DNA of 64,000 bases from a virus, in UHGV virus genome UHGV-0057547. The stretch is one strand, 5' to 3'. The position numbers and the translations under genes are program-made. Of the stretch, positions 29,271-39,255 are shown piece by piece. The notes under the pieces are model-generated. The model did no database searches and was not told the DNA's origin. It saw nothing but the letters and a program-made list of their open reading frames with translations. How positions within the stretch are numbered: position 1 is the stretch's first letter; each line of letters begins with the position of its first letter.

Positions 29271-29913
29271 CTACTTTTATTATATTTTTATTATCTAAAA
29301 TTAAACATCCATTATCTGTTATTGCATAATTTAAAGTTTGTTTAAAAGAACAATCTAAAAATCTATTAAATTCTCTAAATAATTCTTCATGATTTTCTTT
29401 ATCATAATGGACAAATAAGTTAACTATATCTATTAACCCTATTCCTTCATATTTCATTGGTATTGCATTTGTCATTACTACATAATATTCTAATAAGCAT
29501 AATACCCCAGCTGACTCCCCTATTACAATTTTGTTATCTAATTGTTTTATTATATCTAATAATTTATATTTCTTTAACATCATCATTAGCATATCCATAG
29601 AACCACCAGTAAAATATATTACATCTGACGTATTTATTAGCCATTTAATGAGGTTTAAATTGTCTAAAGGAGTAATTACATTAAAATCTTTAATCCCATA
29701 CTCTCTAAAGTGTTTAAAGTGTTTATTATAAAATTTACCATTATATTGTAAATCAGTTTGATTTTTAAATAAGTATTCTAAGTCACAAGCAAATGGAATA
29801 CATGCTACTCTTGAATTAGGCTTTATATATTCTTTAACTTTATCATAACATTGCTTATCTTCTAAATAATTAGCATTAGATAATAATATATATTTATTCA
29901 TATTAATCACCAC
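29254..29913 (-). CDS. Peptidase S51-like (dipeptidase E / class I glutamine amidotransferase-like)
   Basis: IYFTGGSMDMLM ... IGESAGVL motif pair. Confidence 0.5.
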   Translation of the reverse strand: MVINMNKYILLSNANYLEDKQCYDKVKEYIKPNSRVACIPFACDLEYLFKNQTDLQYNGKFYNKHFKHFREYGIKDFNVITPLDNLNLIKWLINTSDVIYFTGGSMDMLMMMLKKYKLLDIIKQLDNKIVIGESAGVLCLLEYYVVMTNAIPMKYEGIGLIDIVNLFVHYDKENHEELFREFNRFLDCSFKQTLNYAITDNGCLILDNKNIIKVGEIYG

Positions 29914-29916
29914 CTT

Positions 29917-30141
29917 TTAATATATTTGTCTAAAGAATTGCAATGTATTTGAACAACGTGTATTATAAGTTACGATTATTTCAATTCCTTTATAAAATTC
30001 TCCGGTCTTTATACGATATCCAGTTTCTTTAGACAATTCATTAGCAAAACATTGTTGCATAACACAACTGTTTGGAGATATACCAGTCTGCTTATAAAAT
30101 TCTTTTCTTTTTTCTGTAAAAAATTTTTCATATATATCCAT
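29917..30141 (-). CDS. Hypothetical protein
   Basis: 74-aa ORF. Confidence 0.3.
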   Translation of the reverse strand: MDIYEKFFTEKRKEFYKQTGISPNSCVMQQCFANELSKETGYRIKTGEFYKGIEIIVTYNTRCSNTLQFFRQIY

Positions 30142-30153
30142 AATATCACTCTC

Positions 30154-30522
30154 CTATCTTTCAGCACTAAAAAGCGCACCACTTTCAACATGATATAAAG
30201 TAATTGTTACTTGTGGTTTATATCCATAATCTTTATAATAATTTTTAATTAATTTAGCTAAACTATCTACATCTTCAATAATATCACGATTATCAGCTAC
30301 TGTTACTATTATATTATTTCCATTATTTATAACTTTAGCATTATAAAAACTGCCACATAAAGTTCCTTCTACCTCAGAATCCACCTGTTTCATTGTAACG
30401 AATGGTTTATTTGTTTCACTTAGTCCACTATTACCTGTGCCTAATGCAATAATTCCTGCAAATGTTGTAAGTCCTAACGTTAATCCTATACCTAGTCCTA
30501 AAATTTTATTATTTACTTTCAT
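30154..30522 (-). CDS. Secreted or membrane-anchored small protein
   Basis: N-terminal hydrophobic signal-like segment GLGIGLTLGLTTFAGIIALG. Confidence 0.4.
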   Translation of the reverse strand: MKVNNKILGLGIGLTLGLTTFAGIIALGTGNSGLSETNKPFVTMKQVDSEVEGTLCGSFYNAKVINNGNNIIVTVADNRDIIEDVDSLAKLIKNYYKDYGYKPQVTITLYHVESGALFSAER

Positions 30523-30552
30523 ATTATCAACTCCTTTTATTTATCTTATTTA

Positions 30553-30588
30553 CTTATATTATACTACTACTCTTATTAAAAGTCAATA
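30553..30588 (-). promoter_or_regulatory. Consensus promoter repeat
   Basis: -10 at 30558-30563, -35 at 30581-30586. Confidence 0.6.
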
Positions 30589-30617
30589 TAAATAAAAAAA
30601 AGGATAAGCTAATTTAT

Positions 30618-31898
30618 TTAACTTATCCTTTTATATCTTTTATTATGATTCCAATTTATATATTTCCATACTAATTTAGTCCCATCTTTTAACTTACCAC
30701 AATAATTTCTTTTACCTTGACAACATGAACATAAATTTTTAATATTAATATTATAATATGCAGAACCTTCATTTAAAGTATAAAAAATTCTATTTGTTGT
30801 TATACATATAACACTTCTTGATTTAGAATTATTTTTTCCACTATTTCTAATACCTTTTTCTTTTCTTGATTTTTCTACACTATAATCACATTTACCTATA
30901 ATATATCCATGCTTTAAATATTTTGCAACTGTTTGACGACATATATTTAATATATTACCTATTTCAACCGTATTATGTATTCCACTATTCCATAATTTCC
31001 AAGCCTTTATACATAAACTATTTTGACTTTCTTCCCATGCTAATTTCCAATCAATATTGCTTAAGTCAAAACATGGTGACAACTCTTTTATGATATTTTC
31101 TTTTAACCATTCTAATTCACTATATCTACAATCAATTACTATATAATTATTAATATGATTTTTAGCACATTTATATTTAAATAAATCATTCATTTGTTCT
31201 TGTTTTAAAGGTTTCCAATAATTTGCTTTATTTTCTATATAATGTTGTTCTCCATGAGTTTCTATTATCATGTTATGTCTAGGTAAATAAAAATCATATT
31301 CAAAATATCCACACCATTTAAAATTTGATTTATTTAATTGATATATAAAATCTTCATCTAATTGTTTTAATACATTTGACATAAACTTTTCAGTTATAGG
31401 TAAACCATCAGAACAAAATTCACATGAATATCTTCTTTTTACTACATTATCTAATATTTTTTTATTTTTTGATATATTACCACAATCTAAACATTTAAAA
31501 TAATATTTTTTATGACTTTTACAAGATATATTATAACAATCATCAAAAATTAAATCATTCTCAGTTATAGCAATCATTTTAGCTACATTTGGATAATTAT
31601 ATGCTAAACTATCTTTATAATGAACTTTATGATTTCCACAATATCCACATTTTCTATTATTATAAAAATTACTACAACTTATTTCGTACCCAATTTTATT
31701 GCCTTCTCTATCATAATTATGGTAATCATTTTCTAAACAATATAGCCAAACTTTTTTATTTGATTGTTTTCTGATTTCATAAGGATGAATATCTAACTCA
31801 TTATTCTTCTCCCAATTCCATATGTCATTTAAATTTAATCCTAATTCAACTTCTATATGATAAGCAAACGAATTATCATATTTTATTTTCTTATTCAT
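30618..31898 (-). CDS. Homing-endonuclease-like protein: Zn-ribbons + PD-(D/E)XK (DUF559-like) nuclease domain + shared C-terminal DNA-binding module
   Basis: Multiple CxxC pairs. YDFYLPRHNMIIETHGEQHY nuclease motif. C-terminal CSCCQGKRNYCGKLKDGTKLVWKYI. Paralog of 52646..54067. Confidence 0.5.
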   Translation of the reverse strand: MNKKIKYDNSFAYHIEVELGLNLNDIWNWEKNNELDIHPYEIRKQSNKKVWLYCLENDYHNYDREGNKIGYEISCSNFYNNRKCGYCGNHKVHYKDSLAYNYPNVAKMIAITENDLIFDDCYNISCKSHKKYYFKCLDCGNISKNKKILDNVVKRRYSCEFCSDGLPITEKFMSNVLKQLDEDFIYQLNKSNFKWCGYFEYDFYLPRHNMIIETHGEQHYIENKANYWKPLKQEQMNDLFKYKCAKNHINNYIVIDCRYSELEWLKENIIKELSPCFDLSNIDWKLAWEESQNSLCIKAWKLWNSGIHNTVEIGNILNICRQTVAKYLKHGYIIGKCDYSVEKSRKEKGIRNSGKNNSKSRSVICITTNRIFYTLNEGSAYYNINIKNLCSCCQGKRNYCGKLKDGTKLVWKYINWNHNKRYKRIS

Positions 31899-32082
31899 TT
31901 ATACCATCTTCTTTATGTAATAATTCAAAATATTTTAAATCACATAAATATAATATCATTTCTGTTCTATTCATATCTAATTTATCACATATGTATTCGA
32001 TTCTATCATTTTCTATTTTATTAATTTTCATTGTTATAAGTTTATCTTTTTTCAAACTAATCTCTCCTTTAAAGTAAAACAA
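31891..32082 (-). CDS. Hypothetical protein
   Basis: 63-aa ORF. Confidence 0.3.
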   Translation of the reverse strand: MFYFKGEISLKKDKLITMKINKIENDRIEYICDKLDMNRTEMILYLCDLKYFELLHKEDGINE

Positions 32083-32133
32083 GGTATATACAAATATATA
32101 ACATATCTGTATATACCTTTAATAAGACTTACT

Positions 32134-34040
32134 TTATATGAAAAATATACTATTATCTTTATCAGCACAAATTATTTTAGTAGTTTTATTTGATTTTCTA
32201 AGTTCTTCTTCCATCTTATCTCTAAATTTATATTTACTATCATCGCTATGATGTATAACAATTAAATTAGTATTGATACCTTTCATCATTTTAATTATTT
32301 CTTTTCCTTGTATATGAGAAGACCATGTATTATATCTTATGACTTTAGCTTTCTTTTTAAATGACATATTTTCAATTTTAACTTCTTTAGTATTGTCGTT
32401 TAATAATAATCCTCCTACTGTTGTTGGAGCACAATAACCAATTATCATTATAGTATAATTACTATCCTCTATATTTGCTTTTAAATGATTTAATATTCTA
32501 CCTATATTACACATGCCAGCAGATGATATTACAATTTTTTGTTGTTCTTTATTAAGTGCTAAATTCATAGATGTCTCAAAGTCTTTTACAAAATGAAGTT
32601 TTTCCCATGATAATATTTGTTCAAATATGTCTTTATCTTCCTTGTTTAATATTTGTTTATAAACATCATTGATTTCCAAAGAAAGTTTACCATCTAAGAA
32701 TATAGGAGTTTTAAAATTTGGGTCATTAGAAAAAGTATTATATAAGTAATATAATAAATCTTGAGTTCTAGCTTGAGCAAAAGCTGGTATTAAAATTGAA
32801 TGACCTTGTTTTAATTCATTAATTATATCATCTTTCATTTTTTTTCTTTCTTTTTCAATATCTTTTGCATTAAATCCTCTTGATAAATCTGAATAAGTTG
32901 CTTCTGTTATTACTAAATTGGCATTTGATATAGTTTTAGTTTTTTTACGGAATGGTTGTTGATTATTAAAACTACCTGTATCTCCACTATAATATATTTT
33001 TTTTGTAACTCCACTTGGCATTTTAAAGAATAATTCTATTGAAGTTGCTCCTACTATATGGTTATTTGGCAAAAGTCTAAAGCTAACATATTCATTTAAC
33101 TCATGTATAACATCTTCTTCATAAGTAGAAGTTTTTGATAACATTCTATATACATCGCTTTCAGTATAAAGAGGTTCTACCTTATATCCTTGATTACTCA
33201 TTTGTCTACAATTTCTTTGTAATATATAAGCACCATCTATCAATAAAGGTTCAGATAATTCTTTATTCTCATAACCCATAATAAATTTATCTACATTATC
33301 TACTATAGCTGGTAGATTTCCTATATGGTCTAGTGATTTCAAAGATGTGAATGAGATACAAAACAAGCTTTTATTTGACCACATTCACAAACTTTTTCAA
33401 CCACCCCCTTATTAACCACATATTCTTCTCTTAAAGCACCATTCATTTGAACCATACCACATTCAATAAGAACTTTTTCATAGTCTCCTTCTTTTGTTGG
33501 ATATGATAAAAGTATAGATGTTCCAACAACACCATTATGACTTTCTCCTACAAATTCAACTATTACTTTATTTTTATTTTTCTTACTTATAATATATGGA
33601 TTCTTTTTCTTCTTTTTCTTTTTCTTAATTACATTGAGATTTTCTTTTCTACAATCTAAAAAATCACCATTTATAAACTCTATTTTATTATCATTTCCTA
33701 ATATATAATTTTGTAAAGTTGTATTTTTGCCTAGCACATCTCCAATAATACAAGAATGTTTTTTGTTCCATCTTACATTTTTACATGTTTTTACATCGTC
33801 TAAATCTATCAACACTCTTTCTTCAAGCTCTTCTTGAAACAAGGCATCATACAATACAATTTCAGCATAATCTTTATGTATTATTATTTCATTATTGTCA
33901 AATTCTGTTATAGGACTATCTGATATACAGAAACCATATTTCCTATATTCGTCCCAATGTTTTTTGCAAAGTCCATTTTTATTTTTTTTGCTTAATAGTT
34001 TTCCACATTGGTTACAGTATTTTTTATTATCTTTGTTCAT
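32134..34040 (-). CDS. HNH-endonuclease N-terminal domain fused to an MBL-fold beta-CASP-type nuclease, with the MBL HxHxDH motif interrupted by an 11-nt stop-containing insert
   Basis: Two track ORFs (33339..34040 and 32134..33384). Frame A ends FVSHSHL-TGA. Frame B continues DHIGNLP after the 11-nt TGAAATCACTA (plus strand 33331-33341). Removing it restores FVSHSHLDHIG. The N-terminal 140 aa carry a Zn-finger and HNH-like motif INGDFLDCRKENLNV. Confidence 0.55.
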
Positions 34041-34184
34041 TTATTTCCCTCCATCCATACCCTGATACATATATTTTTACATTTTTAATAATAATGTTCT
34101 TTGAATGATAAATCTATTTTTCATCTTATCACCTCATTATCTACATATATTAAATAAGTCAAACTCTTTATAATTATTTATTTA

Positions 34185-34220
34185 CTTATATTATACTATT
34201 GCTATTATTAAAAGTCAAGG
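34185..34220 (-). promoter_or_regulatory. Consensus promoter repeat
   Basis: -10 at 34190-34195, -35 at 34213-34218. Confidence 0.6.
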
Positions 34221-34338
34221 AGTAAATTTTATTTCACTTCCCTTATCTTATTTGCTAAATAATTAGTTTGCAAAAAGTAATCACCTAGACTATGTGCAAA
34301 TAATATTTTTAATAACATTTAAACCTCCTAATAAAATC

Positions 34339-34551
34339 TTATTTTCTTATTGTATATCCTTTATCCTTTATATTTTCTAATTTTCTACCACAGATAGGAC
34401 AAAAGTTAATTTCTATATTTATTTCAGGTACATGAGGACTATCAAAATCTATATCTAATCTATTACCATCCATCACATCAATGTAAGCTCCTGTATCAGT
34501 AACCATATAACTATCACTGTTACATAAAAAACATTTTTCCATATTCAACAT
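34339..34551 (-). CDS. Small zinc-ribbon protein
   Basis: CxxC ... CPICG pairs; 70 aa. Confidence 0.35.
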   Translation of the reverse strand: MLNMEKCFLCNSDSYMVTDTGAYIDVMDGNRLDIDFDSPHVPEINIEINFCPICGRKLENIKDKGYTIRK

Positions 34552-34575
34552 TCCTCCTTTTATTTATCTTATTTA

Positions 34576-34611
34576 CTTATATTATACTATTACTATTATT
34601 AAAAGTCAAGG
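34576..34611 (-). promoter_or_regulatory. Consensus promoter repeat
   Basis: -10 at 34581-34586, -35 at 34604-34609. Confidence 0.6.
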
Positions 34612-34619
34612 AGTAGAAA

Positions 34620-35018
34620 TTAATCTACTCCTAATTCTGCAATATTTGTATTAAAATTTTCATTTAAGTATTCACGCAAAATATGCCTATGGCAAAAATC
34701 AGTAGACTTTTCATAGCATAATAGCACAATTTCCGTATCTGTAATTCCTTCATAATCATATAAGTCTTCAAGTATTTGCTCTAAGTCTAACTCTTTTAAT
34801 TTATCAGTATACGCATTTATAAAATCTTCTTGTGACATTTTGTTGTTCTTTAGTTTAAAAACATTGTCACTAGATGGAGCTAATAATTTATATTCCATAT
34901 AATACTCTTCTCTATCTAAGAACCATTTAGGCAAACTGGTTGAAATTAATACAGGCATATATCTATTCTTTTCTTCTTTTGGCAACCTAGAAAATTTCGC
35001 ATAATAACTAGTCTTCAT
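34620..35018 (-). CDS. DUF488-like protein
   Basis: ISTSLPKW ... LLAPS pattern. Confidence 0.35.
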   Translation of the reverse strand: MKTSYYAKFSRLPKEEKNRYMPVLISTSLPKWFLDREEYYMEYKLLAPSSDNVFKLKNNKMSQEDFINAYTDKLKELDLEQILEDLYDYEGITDTEIVLLCYEKSTDFCHRHILREYLNENFNTNIAELGVD

Positions 35019-35031
35019 AAAATTCCTCCTT

Positions 35032-36630
35032 TTATTTATTTAATTTTCTATATTCATATTCTTCTTTATTTAATTCTTCTATTTCTTCTTCATTAAGTAA
35101 ATGATATTCATCACACCATATTTCAAACTCTCCATTTTGTACCCACTTTGTTTTAATTATTGTATTTCCGTCTTTATCTGTTGTTTCAACTTCTTTTTTT
35201 TCTTTTTTTGCCTTTTGGAACATATGATATACATTAATTACACTAAATGCTTTAAACGGTTGTGCTTCATAAAATCCTTCACCAACTTTTACCTCCATAG
35301 TTTTTCCAGTGCTTATATTAAAAATCCATGCTTTTTTATTCTTAAATTTAGTTACAACGTCAATAACAATACAAGTTGATGAATCATAATCTTCAAAATA
35401 ATAATTACATTCTCCAGTCATTTCAAGATTAATTTTAACTTTATCTATTGATGGCATTTCGCTATCTTCTATGTTCGACATTAATTCATTACATAATTCT
35501 AATGCTTTTTCTACTTTATATTGTTTATATTTATCTTCTTTACTCTTTTCAGTTGCATATTTTTCTATTATTTCTTTAGGGTATGGTAAATTAATTTTAT
35601 TAAATGATACTTCACCTTTTTTACTTTTTATTTTTTTACTTATTATATTTTCATATAACTTTATTATATCTAATAATTTTTGAGATTTACCAAATTCCTT
35701 GAAGAAATCTATTGATATCAGTATATTGAGTTGTCTTGAGTTTATAGATGTTTTATCATTTAAATCAATAAGTAAATCCATAAAACTATCATATTTATTA
35801 TCTTTTAACATATATAATTCTTGTGATACTTGTTCGTTCATATATTTTATACTAGCCATACCTTTATATATAGAGTTACTTTCTTTATCCATAAAATATT
35901 CAGCTTTAGAATATCTAAATTTAGGAGGTAATAATTTTATATCAAAATAGCTTAATTCTTTTATTAGTCTATTTGTTCTAGTTGAATCATCGGAATAAAT
36001 AGATAGGGCAACTGTATAATACTCAAGAGGATAATGTGATTTTAAAAATGCACCATATAGACTATCATAAGCATAAGAAAGTGAATGTGAAGCATTGAAT
36101 GAATATTTTGAAGCATCATTAACTACTTGCCATGTTTCTTCAAAACCATCTATTGAACCAACTTTATCTATCCAACCTTTTTTTAATTTTTCTTCTAGTT
36201 CTATTAATTCTTTTTCTTTAAATTTTTTCTTTGATATTTTTTTTATAATTCCATATGTTTCAGGTTCAGGAATACCTAACCATATTAAATATTTCATAAT
36301 AGATTCTTGATACATTAAATAATGATAACTATCTTCTAATAAATCATCTAATTCTTTTACGCCTGTTGTATATGGTTTCCTTTCTATAAAATTATCTAAT
36401 AAAGAAGCAAATCCAGGTCTAATAGATGCAACAAAAGCACTCATTTCAGCTACACTAGAAATTTTATATCTTGATGCTAAATTAGTTGCAAAATCTGAAT
36501 CAGATTGATTTATTGTGCAAGTTATTTTATCTTCATATATTTTAAATGTTTTTTCATCTAACATTTTTTCTAATTCTTTAATAGTTGGTATTTTAATATT
36601 AGCTAATTCACAAGTTTTTCTTATTAAAGT
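35032..36630 (-). CDS. dnaE: DNA polymerase III alpha (DnaE-like), exon 2 (fingers and C-terminal domains)
   Basis: IRPGF...FIERKPYTTG...YQESIMKYLIWLGIPEPETYG block matches the DnaE fingers. The frame stays open upstream of the annotated ATG (36564) to about 36630. Confidence 0.65.
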   Translation of the reverse strand, partial: TLIRKTCELANIKIPTIKELEKMLDEKTFKIYEDKITCTINQSDSDFATNLASRYKISSVAEMSAFVASIRPGFASLLDNFIERKPYTTGVKELDDLLEDSYHYLMYQESIMKYLIWLGIPEPETYGIIKKISKKKFKEKELIELEEKLKKGWIDKVGSIDGFEETWQVVNDASKYSFNASHSLSYAYDSLYGAFLKSHYPLEYYTVALSIYSDDSTRTNRLIKELSYFDIKLLPPKFRYSKAEYFMDKESNSIYKGMASIKYMNEQVSQELYMLKDNKYDSFMDLLIDLNDKTSINSRQLNILISIDFFKEFGKSQKLLDIIKLYENIISKKIKSKKGEVSFNKINLPYPKEIIEKYATEKSKEDKYKQYKVEKALELCNELMSNIEDSEMPSIDKVKINLEMTGECNYYFEDYDSSTCIVIDVVTKFKNKKAWIFNISTGKTMEVKVGEGFYEAQPFKAFSVINVYHMFQKAKKEKKEVETTDKDGNTIIKTKWVQNGEFEIWCDEYHLLNEEEIEELNKEEYEYRKLNK

Positions 36631-36985
36631 CCAAACGGTAACTGCAAGATACGTTAATACCGTTCCTTTCGGAATACTTTAACACCCATTTAAGGGTCGG
36701 ACTAGACTATACCTTTATCTTCGACATTACTCGTTAAGATATGCCTATTATAGTCGTTGAAGGTTTCCCATCTTAAAGGGACTTCCCTGCTGATTATCCA
36801 TTCATTCACCCTTAGCACTCTCACAAGGCTTTTATTTCAGCTTAGGCAATCCTTATAATTTTTTCTGCTTTCGCAACCATCAAGTTTAATGTTACCATTT
36901 ACTTTGTGGTTTATAAGGCTTTAGGAACTCCCAGCAATTTAAGGCATCATAATCTACATAATTTCTTATATAGACGACTATTAAA
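36631..36985 (-). ncRNA. Group I self-splicing intron (ORF-less) in dnaE
   Basis: Structured, GC-richer 355-420-nt ORF-free segment between the two DnaE halves. P/Q/R/S core elements occur in the right order on the minus strand (AAAUUGCUGGGAG; AAUCAGCAGGGAAG; UUCAACGACUAUAA; AAGGUAUAGUCUAGUCCG, giving P7 GACUA/UAGUC). Candidate IGS GUCGU pairs with exon end AUGAU. Exact 3' splice site unresolved. Confidence 0.75.
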
Positions 36986-38668
36986 TTAATCATTCTTTAA
37001 ATATTTATAAACATCACAATTATAACCATCTAAATTACAACATATTCCTTCTTTAGTTTTTATTAAACCAATTTCTTCTGAAACATTTTTATCATATAGT
37101 AACATTGAACAAGGTGATTCTGATATACTTTCCACTACTCCCTTAAATACTTTTGAATCTTTTATTATTTTTCCCCAATATTCATCGTTTTCATATTGCT
37201 CTAAATTTTTAGCTATTTCATCGTATTTACTAACATGCATATCATTTGCTTTACACCATAATCTAAAAGCAGATGAATCTTGTAAAGGTTTATATGATAA
37301 AATCCAAGCACAATTTTCTTCGCCTAATAAATCTTTAGTTGCTTGTATAAAAACTGAACGGTCTTCTGTATTTAAATCAACATCGGGTAATGAACGAGTA
37401 CCTAATATACGTTCTATACTCATAAATCTAGTTGGATACAATGGAACTGGTGCTGATAATCTATCTATTTCTGTTAAGCCTAATAATTTGTTTATAAGAA
37501 AACTTACAGCAGAACCTCTTCCTGTCTTAGTTAATAAGCCATTATATTTATTTATTGCTCTTTGACATATTTTATAATCTAATATAAAATAATCTTCCAT
37601 ATGTGTTTTCTCAATTATATTAAATTCATATCTTATAGCTTCTAAATATTCATTCCATCTCTCTTTAGGTATTGTATCTCTTATTTCCATCCATCTTTTA
37701 TTAATTATATCTTTTAATTCTTTATTTGGATTATTTGATATTGATGGCATTTTAATTTCTTTATCTAATATAATATTTTCACATTCATCAAAAATTAAAG
37801 TATTATTAATTGCATCTTTTATTTGCTCTTCATTTAATATATTTTGTTTATTATATCGTTCTATTATAGTTTCTACATCAGGATAATCTAATATAAAGTT
37901 TGTTTCTTCTTTATATATGATGCCTTTTGCTTTAAGAAATAATTCTCTATAAATATAATCTTGTGGATTAATATAATGTGAATCGTTACCATGAATAATA
38001 TTAATATTATATTTTTCACTTAAGCATAGAATTTTTTTATTAAGATTTTTTTGTATATCTTCATTATGGTTTTGAACTTCTAAATAAAAATTATTACCAA
38101 AATATTCTTTCATTTTTATAATCCAATCGTCTAAGCCTTCATCATTTCTTAAACGACCAGCAACACAAGCAGTTGTTATAATTGTATTATTTGGATTAAT
38201 ACTAAATAATAATTCATCATCTATTCTATTTTTATAATATACCCCATCTATATTGCTATAGGATAATATTCTATTTAAGTCTCTATATCCATCTTTATTT
38301 TTTGCTATTATAACTAAGTGATAATTAGAGTTATCTTTTTCTTTTCTATCTTTAACATAATATGCTTCTGCACCAACTACCATTTTAATACCTTTATATG
38401 ATTTATCGCATGTATCTTTATATTTACATTTTTCACAATTATGTTTTGTATATTCATTATTTTCTTGAGTAAGTTTTACACATACTTCACTACATAAAGT
38501 ATTTGCTTCATATACATTACCTTGATAACCATGTTCAGTAGTAAAATATATTGCATCTTTACCATCTAATTCAATTGCTCTAACTATATATTCTATTGGT
38601 TTAGTAACCACATCTAAACTTTTAATATTGCTATATATTTTATGTGAATGATAATTATTACATCTCAT
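36986..38668 (-). CDS. dnaE: DNA polymerase III alpha (DnaE-like), exon 1 (PHP and palm domains)
   Basis: PHP start NNYHSHKIYS. GRGSAVSFLINKLLGLTEIDRL. Catalytic LPDVDL (PDxD). Ends ...YLKND at the position of the third catalytic Asp. Confidence 0.7.
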   Translation of the reverse strand: MRCNNYHSHKIYSNIKSLDVVTKPIEYIVRAIELDGKDAIYFTTEHGYQGNVYEANTLCSEVCVKLTQENNEYTKHNCEKCKYKDTCDKSYKGIKMVVGAEAYYVKDRKEKDNSNYHLVIIAKNKDGYRDLNRILSYSNIDGVYYKNRIDDELLFSINPNNTIITTACVAGRLRNDEGLDDWIIKMKEYFGNNFYLEVQNHNEDIQKNLNKKILCLSEKYNINIIHGNDSHYINPQDYIYRELFLKAKGIIYKEETNFILDYPDVETIIERYNKQNILNEEQIKDAINNTLIFDECENIILDKEIKMPSISNNPNKELKDIINKRWMEIRDTIPKERWNEYLEAIRYEFNIIEKTHMEDYFILDYKICQRAINKYNGLLTKTGRGSAVSFLINKLLGLTEIDRLSAPVPLYPTRFMSIERILGTRSLPDVDLNTEDRSVFIQATKDLLGEENCAWILSYKPLQDSSAFRLWCKANDMHVSKYDEIAKNLEQYENDEYWGKIIKDSKVFKGVVESISESPCSMLLYDKNVSEEIGLIKTKEGICCNLDGYNCDVYKYLKND

Positions 38669-38692
38669 ATATATTCTCCCTTCCTTCCTTTA

Positions 38693-38728
38693 TATATATT
38701 ATACTATAAATTTTATTAAAAGTAAAAT
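38693..38728 (-). promoter_or_regulatory. Consensus promoter repeat
   Basis: -10 at 38698-38703, -35 at 38721-38726. Confidence 0.55.
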
Positions 38729-38760
38729 AGGATAGAGAATTTATCTCTATCCTTAATAAA

Positions 38761-39219
38761 TTAATATATTAATATAATATTATCTAAATATTTTCCATTA
38801 TTATTGACAGTCAATGGTAATAGATAGTGAATTATTATATCACTATTTATATTAATATCACTATCACCTATACAATCAATAAAAACTTGGTCAACTCGCA
38901 TACCTTTAATTTCTTCTATATTATAATCTTTTTTTATTATTATTAGAATTTTTTCTTGATTACCTATTAAACAATCTATAATTATTTTATTAGGTATTTT
39001 TCTTATATTCATAATATCCATACAATCCATATATGTGACTATTGCCTTATGGATTGTACTATAAGTTTCCTCTATATCCGATGTTATAAATAATAATGTT
39101 CCATGATTTTTTTCTCTAAATACCCAATAATTATCTAATAATTTTTCAAAGGTTCTAACTCTTTTACTTTTTCTAATGTGTAATACACTATCACAATATT
39201 GAAATAATTCTTTTTTCAT
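38761..39219 (-). CDS. Hypothetical protein
   Basis: 152-aa ORF, RBS AGGAGGAG. Confidence 0.4.
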   Translation of the reverse strand: MKKELFQYCDSVLHIRKSKRVRTFEKLLDNYWVFREKNHGTLLFITSDIEETYSTIHKAIVTYMDCMDIMNIRKIPNKIIIDCLIGNQEKILIIIKKDYNIEEIKGMRVDQVFIDCIGDSDININSDIIIHYLLPLTVNNNGKYLDNIILIY

Positions 39220-39255
39220 TTTTATATAACTCCTCCCTTTTATATGAAATTTTAT

